Origin: Candidatus Aenigmatarchaeota archaeon
GTDB taxonomy: Archaea > Aenigmatarchaeota > Aenigmatarchaeia > CG10238-14
Assembly: GCA_030018415.1 (NCBI GenBank)
Contig: JASEGC010000004.1
Span: 10,470-74,469, forward strand
Length of the DNA: 64,000 nt
Reading direction: 5' to 3'
Shown here: positions 1 to 9,468 of the stretch, piece by piece
Position numbering within the stretch: the first letter of the stretch is position 1
Layout: every line of letters begins with the position of its first letter
Translations under genes and position numbers: made by a program
The notes under the pieces: model-generated
Seen by the model: only the letters and a program-made list of their open reading frames with translations
Told to the model about the DNA's origin: nothing
The model's database searches: none

Positions 1-3000
1 GTAACTACACTTGGCAGACTGGTTGTCCTGGTTCAGGTTTTGATTCAAAGTTGGCTTTGTACCCACTCAACGTTACTTTAAGTGGGAGTGCATCTCCTTA
101 CTACATTATCGAAAGGAATGTGAGTAATACTAACGTAACATTGAAAGATAATTTGAACGTGACTGTAATTAGACCCCTTCCAAGCCAGATAATCCATGAG
201 CAGGAGAATGTCACTCTGAATTCCACGGTCTCAGATTCTTGCGGTGCTCCGAGTGAGAGTTACACAGTAACTTGGTATGGACAAAACACAAAGGCATGTA
301 CTCTGACGAATCCTGTCGCTACAGGCGATAACACAACCTGGCAACTTCCAGATGTATGTGTGCCACAAGTTTTAACTATAACAGCAAATGCAACTGGAGG
401 ATTCTACAATTCAAGTCAAAAGAGTGTTCAAATCTACTTGTATGGATGGTCTAGAGTGAGCATAAAAGACCCTCTTAACAACACAGAGATCAATAGGTCA
501 GCATACGGTGAAAAATACAATGTTGTTTGTTTTGTAGAGGACGTTAATCTTTCGAGTGGTATTGGTAGTTACTCAGTCAATTTCTGGTATTCCAATTCCT
601 CTGGAACTTATACCATGGGCAGTAATGCCACTACGTCAAACGGAAACGCTACACATGCATGGAACATCTCTAATTTTGCTCTATCAGAGGGATTTTACGA
701 TGTAAAGTGTAACATCTCAGATGACCCAAACCTTTACTACAATGCTTCTCTACCCGAAGATGTATCAAGAGATGTGAGGATAGTCGGAAGTTCTGACATT
801 TACCCACCAGAATTTTTGGAAGTTATTGCAACCTCTGCTAAACAATACGTTGAAAACGTTACCATAAACGCAAACATCTCTGATTTTTATGGAATCGATA
901 AAGTCTGGGCTTACATAACCTTTCCGAACAAGACTTTTGCTATCCACAGTTTAGCGAATACTTCTTCTAACAATAAAAAAGGTATATGGAACATATCTTT
1001 GAACTTTACAGACTTGGGAGATTATGATTTTATTCTTTACGCAAACGATACTAGTGGAAACAATGCCAGTGCCACAGGATGGTTTGAAGTATACCCAGCA
1101 ACAGTTCAATTCTACGGTAATACAACAGATACCGATGGAAATAAAGTATCTGTTGAGTTCATTTTCTACAGAAACGGAACTAATTCAATAATTCATACCA
1201 ATAGAACCACCACATCAAATGCGGAATATAACTTCACGATACGTAAAAGGATATACGATATAGAAATAAGAGTGTTTAATCATACTATTAAGTTCTTGGA
1301 AGTAAACATAACCAACAACACTGCAAATTCTGTAAGGGATTTCGATACTTTCACTGCTACGGTCGGTGACATAATAGGGGTCAGAAATTATCTCAAAACA
1401 TTGACGGTCAGGAGTACACTCAATTCCAGTAATGTAAACCTTACTATGAATTACTCAGATGTTATTGGTATTTATACAGACCCCACCTATCCTTATACGT
1501 TCAGAGAGACTGATTTAGATGTTTACAAATGTAGTGATTTTAATTTGACTGGAGAAACTTGGACTTGTTCTGGAGGTTGGACAAATCTAGATGGAAGTCC
1601 TGTTTTAGCTTCTGATATTATCACTATAACAACTAGTAGTCTTTCGGGATTCATATTGGGAGATACAGCCAATCCTAATGACGGCGTATGCGACAGGGGT
1701 GAAACCTGTGCCTATGATCCTACCTGTTGTGGTGGGCCGCCTGGTCAACAAGTTATTGGTGGTGGAGGAGGTGGAGCTGCAGCAAGACCTGAGTGTGGAA
1801 ATGGTATATGTGAACCAGGTGAAAATCGAGATAACTGTCCACAAGACTGTGGGACACCAGAGACACTCTTCAGTCTGAGAACAAATTTAACCGACATCCA
1901 ACTCGACCCTGGACAAGAAGAAACTTATGCGCTCTGGATAACCAACAACATAAACACTAACATAAACGCCTCTATCTCCATATTCGGAACTGCCAGCAAG
2001 TTCATCACTCTTGAAAAAACATCTGTAATGATAGAATCTAAAAAAGAGGAAATCGTCAAAATCTACGTTAAGATTCCTATCGATGAAGGCATGGCCACAT
2101 ACTCAGGACAGATATCCGTAACTTCTTACAACAAAACTCAAACACTTCCTGTAACTTTAAAAGTTTCTGCTAAGGGCGAGAAAGAGCTAGATGTGATAAT
2201 AAATGCATTGGACAAGAAAGTTGGTGTAAACGATACTGCAAAATTCCAAATTACAATATACAACACAGGATACATAAGAAAATTCTACGCAGACTTTCTC
2301 TATATAATAAAGGATTATTCGACTGAAGAAATTGCTTACATGGAGAATGAAACTAAATACATAGAAAGAACACAGTCATTTGTTAAAAACATTGATTTGT
2401 CTCAAATAAGTCTAAAACCTGGGAGATACTTCTTAGAGTTAAAGATAAAGTATGACGATAAAGAAACAACAGCATCAGACGACTTTGAAGTCATAGTATC
2501 TTTCTGGACCACTCGACGCATCAATCAAATAACTATCATTGTTCTGACCACGACATCTATAGTCTCCATACTCTACGCAAGGAAAAGATACTTTGAATGG
2601 AAGATCGCTAAGGCAAGGTACATTTTCCCGATAGATTTCGGAAAATTACCTAGAGGCAAGATATGGTTGGGTAAGATAGCTGAAACCGAGAGAAAGACGT
2701 ACTTCGACATGAATGAACTCAAAACTCATGTTTTAGTGGCAGGAGCAACTGGTGCTGGAAAAACAGTATCTGCCAGCATTTTTGTAGAGGAATTGTTGAG
2801 AGAAAAAATTCCAGTGATAGTGTTCGACCCGACAGCACAATGGACTGGATTTGTGAGGCCGTGTAGAGATACCAACCTATTGAAATACTACAAAGAATTT
2901 GGCATGAGTATAAACGATACGAGACCTTACACTGGGATGATATACGAAATAACTGATCCTAACGTACAGATAGATTTCAAGAAGTACATGAACCCAGGAG

Positions 3001-3692
3001 AGATAACGGTCTTCACACTCAACAAACTTAAACCAAGACAGTATGATGTTGCTGTGAGGAATATAATAGATACTATATTCGCACAGGGTTGGGAGGAATC
3101 GACAAAACTGAGGATGGTTGTGGTTTTTGATGAAGTACATCGTTTGTTGGAGAAGTATGGTGGTACAGGGGGGTACATTTCTCTAGAAAGAGCATGCAGA
3201 GAATTCAGAAAGTGGGGTATTGGACTAATAATGGTTTCACAAGTTTTGTCAGACTTTAAAGAAGCAATTAAAGGTAATGTTTTAACAGAAGTGCAATTAC
3301 ACACAAAATCATTGGGCGACTTAGCTAGGGTCGAGAAGAAATACGGCCTTGAGTATGCAAAGAGAGTGACAAAGTTAGAAGTTGGTGTTGGCTTAGTTCA
3401 GAATCCGAAGTACAACGAAGGTAGGCCATACTTTGTCGCTTTTAGACCGACTTTACACGAGCCACATAAGATTTCCGATAGAGAATTGGAGACTTACAAA
3501 GAATACGCTTCGCTACTCGAAATCATAGAATCCAACATTGAAGCGATAGAAAAAACTGGCGAAGACACATTCGAACTCAGAACCGAGCTCAAGCTTGCTA
3601 AGGATAAGTTAAAGAAAGGTAGGTTCAGGATGGCTAAAATATATATTGATTCTTTGAGAAAACATTTAAAGATAGGTGAGGAAAATACCTGA
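1..3692 (+). CDS. Giant membrane-anchored surface protein with C-terminal HerA/DUF87-like P-loop ATPase (5' end outside window)
   Basis: Frame open from window start (NYTWQTGCP...). Asn/Thr-rich beta-type region with many N-x-S/T sites, Cys-rich CGNGICEPGEN...CPQDC module, one TM (ITIIVLTTTSIVSILY), then Walker A GATGAGKT and Walker B VVVFDEVH, plus REFRKWGIGLIMVSQ. Confidence 0.85.
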   Translation, partial: NYTWQTGCPGSGFDSKLALYPLNVTLSGSASPYYIIERNVSNTNVTLKDNLNVTVIRPLPSQIIHEQENVTLNSTVSDSCGAPSESYTVTWYGQNTKACTLTNPVATGDNTTWQLPDVCVPQVLTITANATGGFYNSSQKSVQIYLYGWSRVSIKDPLNNTEINRSAYGEKYNVVCFVEDVNLSSGIGSYSVNFWYSNSSGTYTMGSNATTSNGNATHAWNISNFALSEGFYDVKCNISDDPNLYYNASLPEDVSRDVRIVGSSDIYPPEFLEVIATSAKQYVENVTINANISDFYGIDKVWAYITFPNKTFAIHSLANTSSNNKKGIWNISLNFTDLGDYDFILYANDTSGNNASATGWFEVYPATVQFYGNTTDTDGNKVSVEFIFYRNGTNSIIHTNRTTTSNAEYNFTIRKRIYDIEIRVFNHTIKFLEVNITNNTANSVRDFDTFTATVGDIIGVRNYLKTLTVRSTLNSSNVNLTMNYSDVIGIYTDPTYPYTFRETDLDVYKCSDFNLTGETWTCSGGWTNLDGSPVLASDIITITTSSLSGFILGDTANPNDGVCDRGETCAYDPTCCGGPPGQQVIGGGGGGAAARPECGNGICEPGENRDNCPQDCGTPETLFSLRTNLTDIQLDPGQEETYALWITNNINTNINASISIFGTASKFITLEKTSVMIESKKEEIVKIYVKIPIDEGMATYSGQISVTSYNKTQTLPVTLKVSAKGEKELDVIINALDKKVGVNDTAKFQITIYNTGYIRKFYADFLYIIKDYSTEEIAYMENETKYIERTQSFVKNIDLSQISLKPGRYFLELKIKYDDKETTASDDFEVIVSFWTTRRINQITIIVLTTTSIVSILYARKRYFEWKIAKARYIFPIDFGKLPRGKIWLGKIAETERKTYFDMNELKTHVLVAGATGAGKTVSASIFVEELLREKIPVIVFDPTAQWTGFVRPCRDTNLLKYYKEFGMSINDTRPYTGMIYEITDPNVQIDFKKYMNPGEITVFTLNKLKPRQYDVAVRNIIDTIFAQGWEESTKLRMVVVFDEVHRLLEKYGGTGGYISLERACREFRKWGIGLIMVSQVLSDFKEAIKGNVLTEVQLHTKSLGDLARVEKKYGLEYAKRVTKLEVGVGLVQNPKYNEGRPYFVAFRPTLHEPHKISDRELETYKEYASLLEIIESNIEAIEKTGEDTFELRTELKLAKDKLKKGRFRMAKIYIDSLRKHLKIGEENT

Positions 3693-4872
3693 AGAAAAGA
3701 AATCTAAATTTGGAAAATTTCTTGGTATGTTTAAAGGTAAAGAAAAAACTGAAGTAAAACCTGTTCTTGAAGAACCTGAAATAGAAGTTGAAGAAATGCC
3801 AGAATTTGAAGAAAAAGAAAGTCCGGAGAAACCAAAAGAAGAATCTGTAGAAACAGAAGTAGAGAAAACTCCTGAAGAAATGCAAAAAGAAGAGGAAGAA
3901 AAATTAAAAGAAGCTGAGAAAGAAAAGAGAAAAAAAGAAGCAGAAGAATTAAAGAAAAGATATGGTGTGATTAAAGAAATACCCGAGAGAAGAGTAGAAG
4001 AAGAATACATTGAAAAACCTGAAGGAGTGAGAGAGGAGTTTGAGGCTGAAACAGACATACCTGCCTTGCTTCTAAGGATGGAGAAGATCGATGGTAAATT
4101 GGAAATCTTAGATAGGTCAAGGGATGATATGACTGAAAGGATCATGCAGCTGGCTGGAGAGATAGGAGAGTTGAGGACGATGATAATGGAAAGGGAAAGA
4201 TCTTTCGATGAAATAAAATCCGATTTTGAAAAGGTCAAAGATACAGTAAGTGGGCTTGAACCGATAAGAATAAAGAGAGATTTCGAGAGGAGAAAGATGG
4301 AGATACTAGAGAACAAAGCTAAGATCGAACAATTAGAAACTTTGGTTAAAGCCTTGGGAGAGGAGAGCAAAAAATTCAGAGAACTCATGGAAAAAATAAA
4401 GAGTTTCGAGAACATCATAAACATTTCCTACGACATCGACAGAAAAGTTTCAGAGATCAACGAGATAAAAGATTATGCGAGCAAAGTTGGTTCAAAGGTT
4501 GAGAGTATATTCTCCGAGTTGAACGCGAAGGTAAGCGAGCTCGAGAGTCAGAGGGAGAAGATAGAAAAACTCGATGAGTTGACGGTTGAGATAACTAAGA
4601 TGTTGGATGAGATCAGCGTGAGGTTCACAAGGTTTGTGGAAGAGAAAGATTTGAAAGATTTTAAGAAAACTATAGAAGAGGATGTGAAAAAAATGTTGGA
4701 GAGTAAGGCACCAGTAGTGAAGATCAAAGGGGATCAGGTGATACAAGATCAAATATCACAATTGTCTACTCGTCTCTTAAAGTTGAAATCTGTAGTGGAG
4801 AGTCAGAATACAGTAATAAACAACATCATCGATTATCTGAGTGGGGGAGAGGCAACTCCAGCAGAAGCTTAG
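3676..4872 (+). CDS. Long coiled-coil protein, acidic N-terminus; start possibly ATA at 3685
   Basis: 398-aa E/K-rich heptad ORF overlapping the upstream stop; AGGTGA RBS at 3674-3679. Confidence 0.8.
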   Translation: MRKIPEEKKSKFGKFLGMFKGKEKTEVKPVLEEPEIEVEEMPEFEEKESPEKPKEESVETEVEKTPEEMQKEEEEKLKEAEKEKRKKEAEELKKRYGVIKEIPERRVEEEYIEKPEGVREEFEAETDIPALLLRMEKIDGKLEILDRSRDDMTERIMQLAGEIGELRTMIMERERSFDEIKSDFEKVKDTVSGLEPIRIKRDFERRKMEILENKAKIEQLETLVKALGEESKKFRELMEKIKSFENIINISYDIDRKVSEINEIKDYASKVGSKVESIFSELNAKVSELESQREKIEKLDELTVEITKMLDEISVRFTRFVEEKDLKDFKKTIEEDVKKMLESKAPVVKIKGDQVIQDQISQLSTRLLKLKSVVESQNTVINNIIDYLSGGEATPAEA

Positions 4873-4929
4873 GTTAATCACACAAAAATTATTCAATTTT
4901 TTTAGTCTCATGTTAATGGAGGTGATTTA

Positions 4930-5088
4930 ATCCCGACGAGTAGGATAAAGGTTGATGTCAAGAGTGAAGTCTTGACTAAGGAAATGGAAGAATTAATCGA
5001 GAGAGTGATGATAGACATCGGTTTTGTCTTGATAAAGTACGCTGAAAGATGGAAGAATTTAAGTTCTGAGGCTGTTAAGGTTCAATAA
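4930..5088 (+). CDS. Small hypothetical protein (~52 aa), putative ATC start
   Basis: GGAGGTGA RBS at 4918-4925, then an open frame (I/M)PTSRIKVDVKSEVLTKEMEELIERVMIDIGFVLIKYAERWKNLSSEAVKVQ*. Confidence 0.55.
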   Translation: MPTSRIKVDVKSEVLTKEMEELIERVMIDIGFVLIKYAERWKNLSSEAVKVQ

Positions 5089-5107
5089 AATCTACTAGAG
5101 TTTTTCA

Positions 5108-5191
5108 CGCCGAGACTGGGATTTGAACCCAGATACCCCGAGGGGAACTAGCTCTCCAAGCTAGCGCACTACCTGATTATGCGATCTCGGC
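5108..5191 (-). tRNA. tRNA-Ser(GGA)
   Basis: Cloverleaf GCCGAGA...TCTCGGC-G, anticodon arm CTAGC-TTGGAGA-GCTAG, long variable arm, T-loop TTCAAAT; CCA not encoded. Confidence 0.95.
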
Positions 5192-5557
5192 TTAAAGCCA
5201 TTTCTTAGTCATGTTCAATAATAAATCTATTCCTGCAACTATTATAGCTATTTCTAAACCTAAATTACTTAAAATTAATATCACGAAAACAGCTAAAGGT
5301 TTTAACACTGAATCCAAGAAAGATTTTACGAACAAAAATTTTGTCACTATCTCAGCTGCTACTAACAGTAATAAAATCCAACCTATTCCTATGCCGAGAA
5401 AGTAGTCTATTCCGAAGACTACAAATTTTACTAACAATGAGACCATGTCAAAGCCTAGTATGAATAAGACGATGCGAAACTTTATCCCTAAATTTAAAGG
5501 GTCAAACCACGCTAATACGATTAAAGCTAGACCGATTGTCTGCCTCAATAAACCCAT
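5192..5557 (-). CDS. Small multi-pass membrane protein
   Basis: 121-aa hydrophobic ORF. Confidence 0.7.
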   Translation of the reverse strand: MGLLRQTIGLALIVLAWFDPLNLGIKFRIVLFILGFDMVSLLVKFVVFGIDYFLGIGIGWILLLLVAAEIVTKFLFVKSFLDSVLKPLAVFVILILSNLGLEIAIIVAGIDLLLNMTKKWL

Positions 5558-5588
5558 GATAATATTCCTTCGAGTATTAAATTCAAGA

Positions 5589-6350
5589 TTATCTTTTAAT
5601 CAACTTTCCAACAAACCTTTTAATCTTAGATGGTTTTTTATACTCAACTCCGATTAAATTGGCAGCAACTTCCATGAAATCATGACAAACTTTAGATTTA
5701 GGTTTATAATCAAAGATAGGTATGCCCAACGCAGTACTATCCATCACATCTTTGGTGAAAGGGACTGATCCAAGGATTGGGACATCAAAGAAGCTTTCTA
5801 AATCTTTCATCTTCACTTCAGACTTACTTTTTCTGATCATGTTAAAGACTATCTTAATCTTCTTGTCTTTCATACCACTCAAGTATTCTGCACATCTAAT
5901 CATATCGGTAAGGTTTGGTATGGCAGGAGTAGTGACGAGCAGTATCTCTTCTGCAGTTCTCAGGACAGATACCGCTTCATTTCCCAGACCAGGAGCGGAG
6001 TCTAGGATTATGAAATCGAAATTTCCTTTTTTTGATAACTTTTTAATGTAACTGTTTAATCTTTCAAATTCGATGTTCATGTCTTTCAATTCTTCAGAGG
6101 CTGGGATGAACAAAACGCCATCATGACTAGTAGGAGCAAACTTTATGTCTACTTCATCCCTGAAGACGTTGCTCAGGTTTATAGAATAGTTATCCACTCC
6201 AAGATAGTAAGCCACGTGTGGCGTGGTTATGTTGCAGTCTATTATCAAAACTTTTTTTCTGAAACGGCTCAATGCGATTCCTAAATTAACTGCGAATGTA
6301 GTTTTCCCTATCCCACCTTTACCAGAAACAATGCCTATAACTCTAGTCAA
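5589..6350 (-). CDS. minD: MinD/ParA family ATPase
   Basis: Deviant Walker A SGKGGIGKTT, IILDSAPG. Confidence 0.85.
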   Translation of the reverse strand: MTRVIGIVSGKGGIGKTTFAVNLGIALSRFRKKVLIIDCNITTPHVAYYLGVDNYSINLSNVFRDEVDIKFAPTSHDGVLFIPASEELKDMNIEFERLNSYIKKLSKKGNFDFIILDSAPGLGNEAVSVLRTAEEILLVTTPAIPNLTDMIRCAEYLSGMKDKKIKIVFNMIRKSKSEVKMKDLESFFDVPILGSVPFTKDVMDSTALGIPIFDYKPKSKVCHDFMEVAANLIGVEYKKPSKIKRFVGKLIKR

Positions 6351-6437
6351 ATTATTCCCTCAGTCGATTTTTCTGATAATGAATTGGTTTTTTTTAAAAG
6401 TTAAGTATTTATCTCTTTGATAGTCTAGTTTAGAATT

Positions 6438-7481
6438 TTATGCTTTTATCACATTGTAGCCAGACGCTTTCTTTAATCTGTTCATTATAGCAAGTCCCAT
6501 ACCGCTTGTTTTCACACCCTCTGCGATGATCACATTTACTCTTTCTTTGTCGAATTCCCTGAAAATCCTGAACAAATTTTTAGCGATAGTTGTCAAATCT
6601 TTCCCAGCAAATTTGATCACATCAGAATCATAATCGTGCTTACTTATAGTTATGATTCCCACTTTCTTCTTTTCACTCTTATATTCGTTCACTAGCTCCT
6701 GAATTTTTCTTCTTACCGCTCTTTCTTTTCCTTCGACTACAATTAAATCTGCTTCCGGAGCGTAATGTCTGTATTTCATTCCGGGTGATTTGGCAGTGAT
6801 TTTTCTTATCTCCCTCTCTGCTTTTACGACAGGATGTAGCTTGATTTTTCCTAACACACTTTCCAGTTCTTCTAGAGTAATCCCACCAGGTCTCAAGAGG
6901 GTAGGTGGATGAGTAGTCAAGTCGAGGACAGTTGACTCCACACCAATTCTCGTCTTTCCAGAATCTATGATAACATCTATCTTTCCGTACAAATCATTTA
7001 TCACGTGTTCTGCTGATGTTGGGCTTGGCTTTCCAGCAAGGTTTGCACTCGGCGCAGCGATCGGTACTTTAGATTCTTTTATCAAAGCTGAAGCAATTTT
7101 ATTATCAGGCATCCTGATCGCTACCGTATCCAAGCCAGCAGTGGCTACGTCTGGCACTACTTTAGATTTTTTAAAGATGAGGGTTAAAGGGCCTGGCCAG
7201 AATTTTTTCATCAATCTTTCAGCTTTGACTGGTATTTCGGATGCTAGTTTGGAAACATCTTTTTTATCTGCGATATGAACTATAAATGGGTTGTCTTTGG
7301 GTCTACCCTTAACTTCGTATATTTTCTCGACAGCTTCGATGTTAAAAGCATTCGCTCCGAGACCGTAAACAGTTTCTGTAGGAAATGCAACGAGACCTCC
7401 ATTTATTATGGTCTCTACGGCTATCTTAATTTCATCGATTTTGAAGCTTTTTTCGCTAAGTTTGATTATTTTTGTGATCAT
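6438..7481 (-). CDS. sua5: Threonylcarbamoyl-AMP synthase Sua5
   Basis: AFPTETVYGLGA, KGRPKDNP, APSANLAG, SPGMKYRHYAP. Confidence 0.95.
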   Translation of the reverse strand: MITKIIKLSEKSFKIDEIKIAVETIINGGLVAFPTETVYGLGANAFNIEAVEKIYEVKGRPKDNPFIVHIADKKDVSKLASEIPVKAERLMKKFWPGPLTLIFKKSKVVPDVATAGLDTVAIRMPDNKIASALIKESKVPIAAPSANLAGKPSPTSAEHVINDLYGKIDVIIDSGKTRIGVESTVLDLTTHPPTLLRPGGITLEELESVLGKIKLHPVVKAEREIRKITAKSPGMKYRHYAPEADLIVVEGKERAVRRKIQELVNEYKSEKKKVGIITISKHDYDSDVIKFAGKDLTTIAKNLFRIFREFDKERVNVIIAEGVKTSGMGLAIMNRLKKASGYNVIKA

Positions 7482-7531
7482 ACCTATTAAAAACTAAACA
7501 ATAGATTAAAAAACTTTTTCCCACCTAGATT

Positions 7532-7828
7532 TCAATGAGAAATGCCCAATCGAGAACTTAAACGGCGCATCAAGTCGGTTATCTTAGGGGTTGAAATTAT
7601 CATGAACCAACTTCCGATTATCCCTCCAGTAATGGTAAAGCCCAATGCTAAATCCATTACCCAGTTCTCACTTATTAAGAATAGTTCGCCGTTCCATAGA
7701 TGATCTATTATCCCGAAGAGTGCACCACCTAGAAACATCAGATTGAGTGAGTTTTTATGAATTTTACTCTTTCTTCCTCTCAAAAACTCAATTGTTGCAG
7801 CTAACGTTGGTACAACCCAACAAACCAT
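7532..7828 (-). CDS. Small membrane protein
   Basis: Hydrophobic ORF (GGALFGIIDHLWNGELF); GGAGGTGA RBS 5 nt before ATG at 7828. Confidence 0.7.
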   Translation of the reverse strand: MVCWVVPTLAATIEFLRGRKSKIHKNSLNLMFLGGALFGIIDHLWNGELFLISENWVMDLALGFTITGGIIGSWFMIISTPKITDLMRRLSSRLGISH

Positions 7829-7919
7829 AGACATCACCTCCCCCAAATAAGTTTTGATGCACTAATTATTTTGATTTCCATATAAAAATATACTTCATAG
7901 GCTCGTGCTGAAAGTAAAC

Positions 7920-8330
7920 TTATTCAATTCCAATTACATTTATTCCTTTTACTTTAACAAAGTCTTTATCAAAGGTGGCAATATTTTTGATGCCCATTCT
8001 TTTCATTAAAGAAATAGTTGTACAATCAGTAAAGCTGAAATCAGTCTCTTTTTGTTTTTTGAATATCGTCCAAGCTTCTTCAAAATTAGAACTTGTAACT
8101 TCTAAAAGTTTTGTAGATCCTCTCAAATACCTCCCAATATTAACAGTTTTCGTCAAATTTTTTAAGCGGATGAAAATAACAGTTATAGTCTCATCAAAGA
8201 TATAATCAGAAATGTGAAGAAATCCGAATTTGCCTTTAATTATATCTGGCATTAAATTCCTTGCTTTACTATGATTTTCATCTCTGACATTATAAAAAGA
8301 TACTATGAAACTTGTATCTAAAATTATCAT
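7920..8330 (-). CDS. vapC: VapC PIN-domain toxin
   Basis: IILDTS, ET, SFTDC, IATFDKDF PIN motifs. Confidence 0.9.
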   Translation of the reverse strand: MIILDTSFIVSFYNVRDENHSKARNLMPDIIKGKFGFLHISDYIFDETITVIFIRLKNLTKTVNIGRYLRGSTKLLEVTSSNFEEAWTIFKKQKETDFSFTDCTTISLMKRMGIKNIATFDKDFVKVKGINVIGIE

Positions 8331-8605
8331 CTTTTCTTACCATATAGAATTTCATCAATTTCTTTGCTTGTTTTTTCAGTTCCTGGGCCCCAATCAAAAG
8401 GCTTTATTTTTAACAAATTTCTAGGATTAATTCCTTTTCCTTCCCTTCCTTTTTTGATCCATTCCCTCATCGCTAAAGTTAATGCTTCACCAACCTTCAT
8501 TCTTTCCGCTAGAGCTTTTTCTCTGAATTTCATGTAAGTTTCTTCATCTATACCTCTTATTGCGTGTAGTTCTTTTTTTTTCATTATGTATAACATGTAA
8601 AACAT
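8327..8605 (-). CDS. vapB: VapB-type antitoxin
   Basis: Overlaps vapC by 4 nt; RHH-like N-terminus; C-terminal TSKEIDEILYG. Confidence 0.8.
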   Translation of the reverse strand: MFYMLYIMKKKELHAIRGIDEETYMKFREKALAERMKVGEALTLAMREWIKKGREGKGINPRNLLKIKPFDWGPGTEKTSKEIDEILYGKKR

Positions 8606-8610
8606 TATAT

Positions 8611-9021
8611 TTAAACTTTTCCCTTAACAGTTTTCCAAAGGAATAGGTACTTCATCGGCATGAAAGACTCTAGATCAGTAGTGTAACCACATCTCCTACA
8701 AACATAACCGATATGAATTTTCTTGTTTAACAAATTCTTACCATATATCTTACTCACTTTTTTATCACAAACAGGGCATTTATCTAGTTTTGTCATCTTA
8801 GGAATTTTTTTAGTCTTTGCCTTTATCTCCACGTTTGGAATCTTTATCACAAGTTCTTTTACTCTTCTCGGCGAAAGTACGTATTTTTTATCGTATTTTT
8901 TCAATCCATCCAAGACATGATAGCAGAGATCTTCTTGCGATTGAACCACTCCTCTCTTTCTAAGAACTTCTTTTATTAAATTTATCACAAAATCTTGTTT
9001 AGGAATCTTCTTAGTTGGCAT
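8611..9021 (-). CDS. Hypothetical Zn-ribbon protein
   Basis: Basic 136-aa ORF with CPVC...CRRC. Confidence 0.7.
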   Translation of the reverse strand: MPTKKIPKQDFVINLIKEVLRKRGVVQSQEDLCYHVLDGLKKYDKKYVLSPRRVKELVIKIPNVEIKAKTKKIPKMTKLDKCPVCDKKVSKIYGKNLLNKKIHIGYVCRRCGYTTDLESFMPMKYLFLWKTVKGKV

Positions 9022-9060
9022 ACCATCTATTAATATTTATTCAAAACTTTTAATAATGTT

Positions 9061-9468
9061 TTGACTGATAGAATGATGATAAGGGAATGTCGTATAGAAG
9101 ATTTGAAACCTATGGAAAAAATGTCATCTACTTCTCTAAAATCATTCCTCCCTCAGGAATATTTCAAGAAAAATTTAAAGAATATCTTAGTTGCAGTCAA
9201 GAGTGGGATGACGGTCGGCTTCATAGTTTTCAAGAATGAGAACGTTTTAAACATAGTTGTCCATCCTGATTTCAGAAGGAGAGGAATTGGAAGAAGTTTG
9301 ATCGAGGAAGTGATAAAAAAATTCAAAAGAGTAAGATTAAGAACGAGAGAGAATAACAGGGATGCGATCAATTTTTTGAAGAAATTGGGGTTCAGTAAGA
9401 GGAGGATAATAAAGGAATATTACTCGGATGGAGAGAATGCAATAGAATGGGAAATTTATTCTAAATAA
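9061..9468 (+). CDS. GNAT N-acetyltransferase (RimI/Ard1-like)
   Basis: VHPDFRRRGIG, N..AINF.KKLGF, YYSDGENA. Confidence 0.85.
   Translation: MTDRMMIRECRIEDLKPMEKMSSTSLKSFLPQEYFKKNLKNILVAVKSGMTVGFIVFKNENVLNIVVHPDFRRRGIGRSLIEEVIKKFKRVRLRTRENNRDAINFLKKLGFSKRRIIKEYYSDGENAIEWEIYSK

Noticed and set aside
3666..4424. 252-aa antisense ORF, and similar shadow ORFs such as 26960-27556, 35205-35699 and 49266-49775
   Set aside because: They lie opposite well-supported genes and are Ser/Phe-rich mirrors of E/K-rich coding sequence
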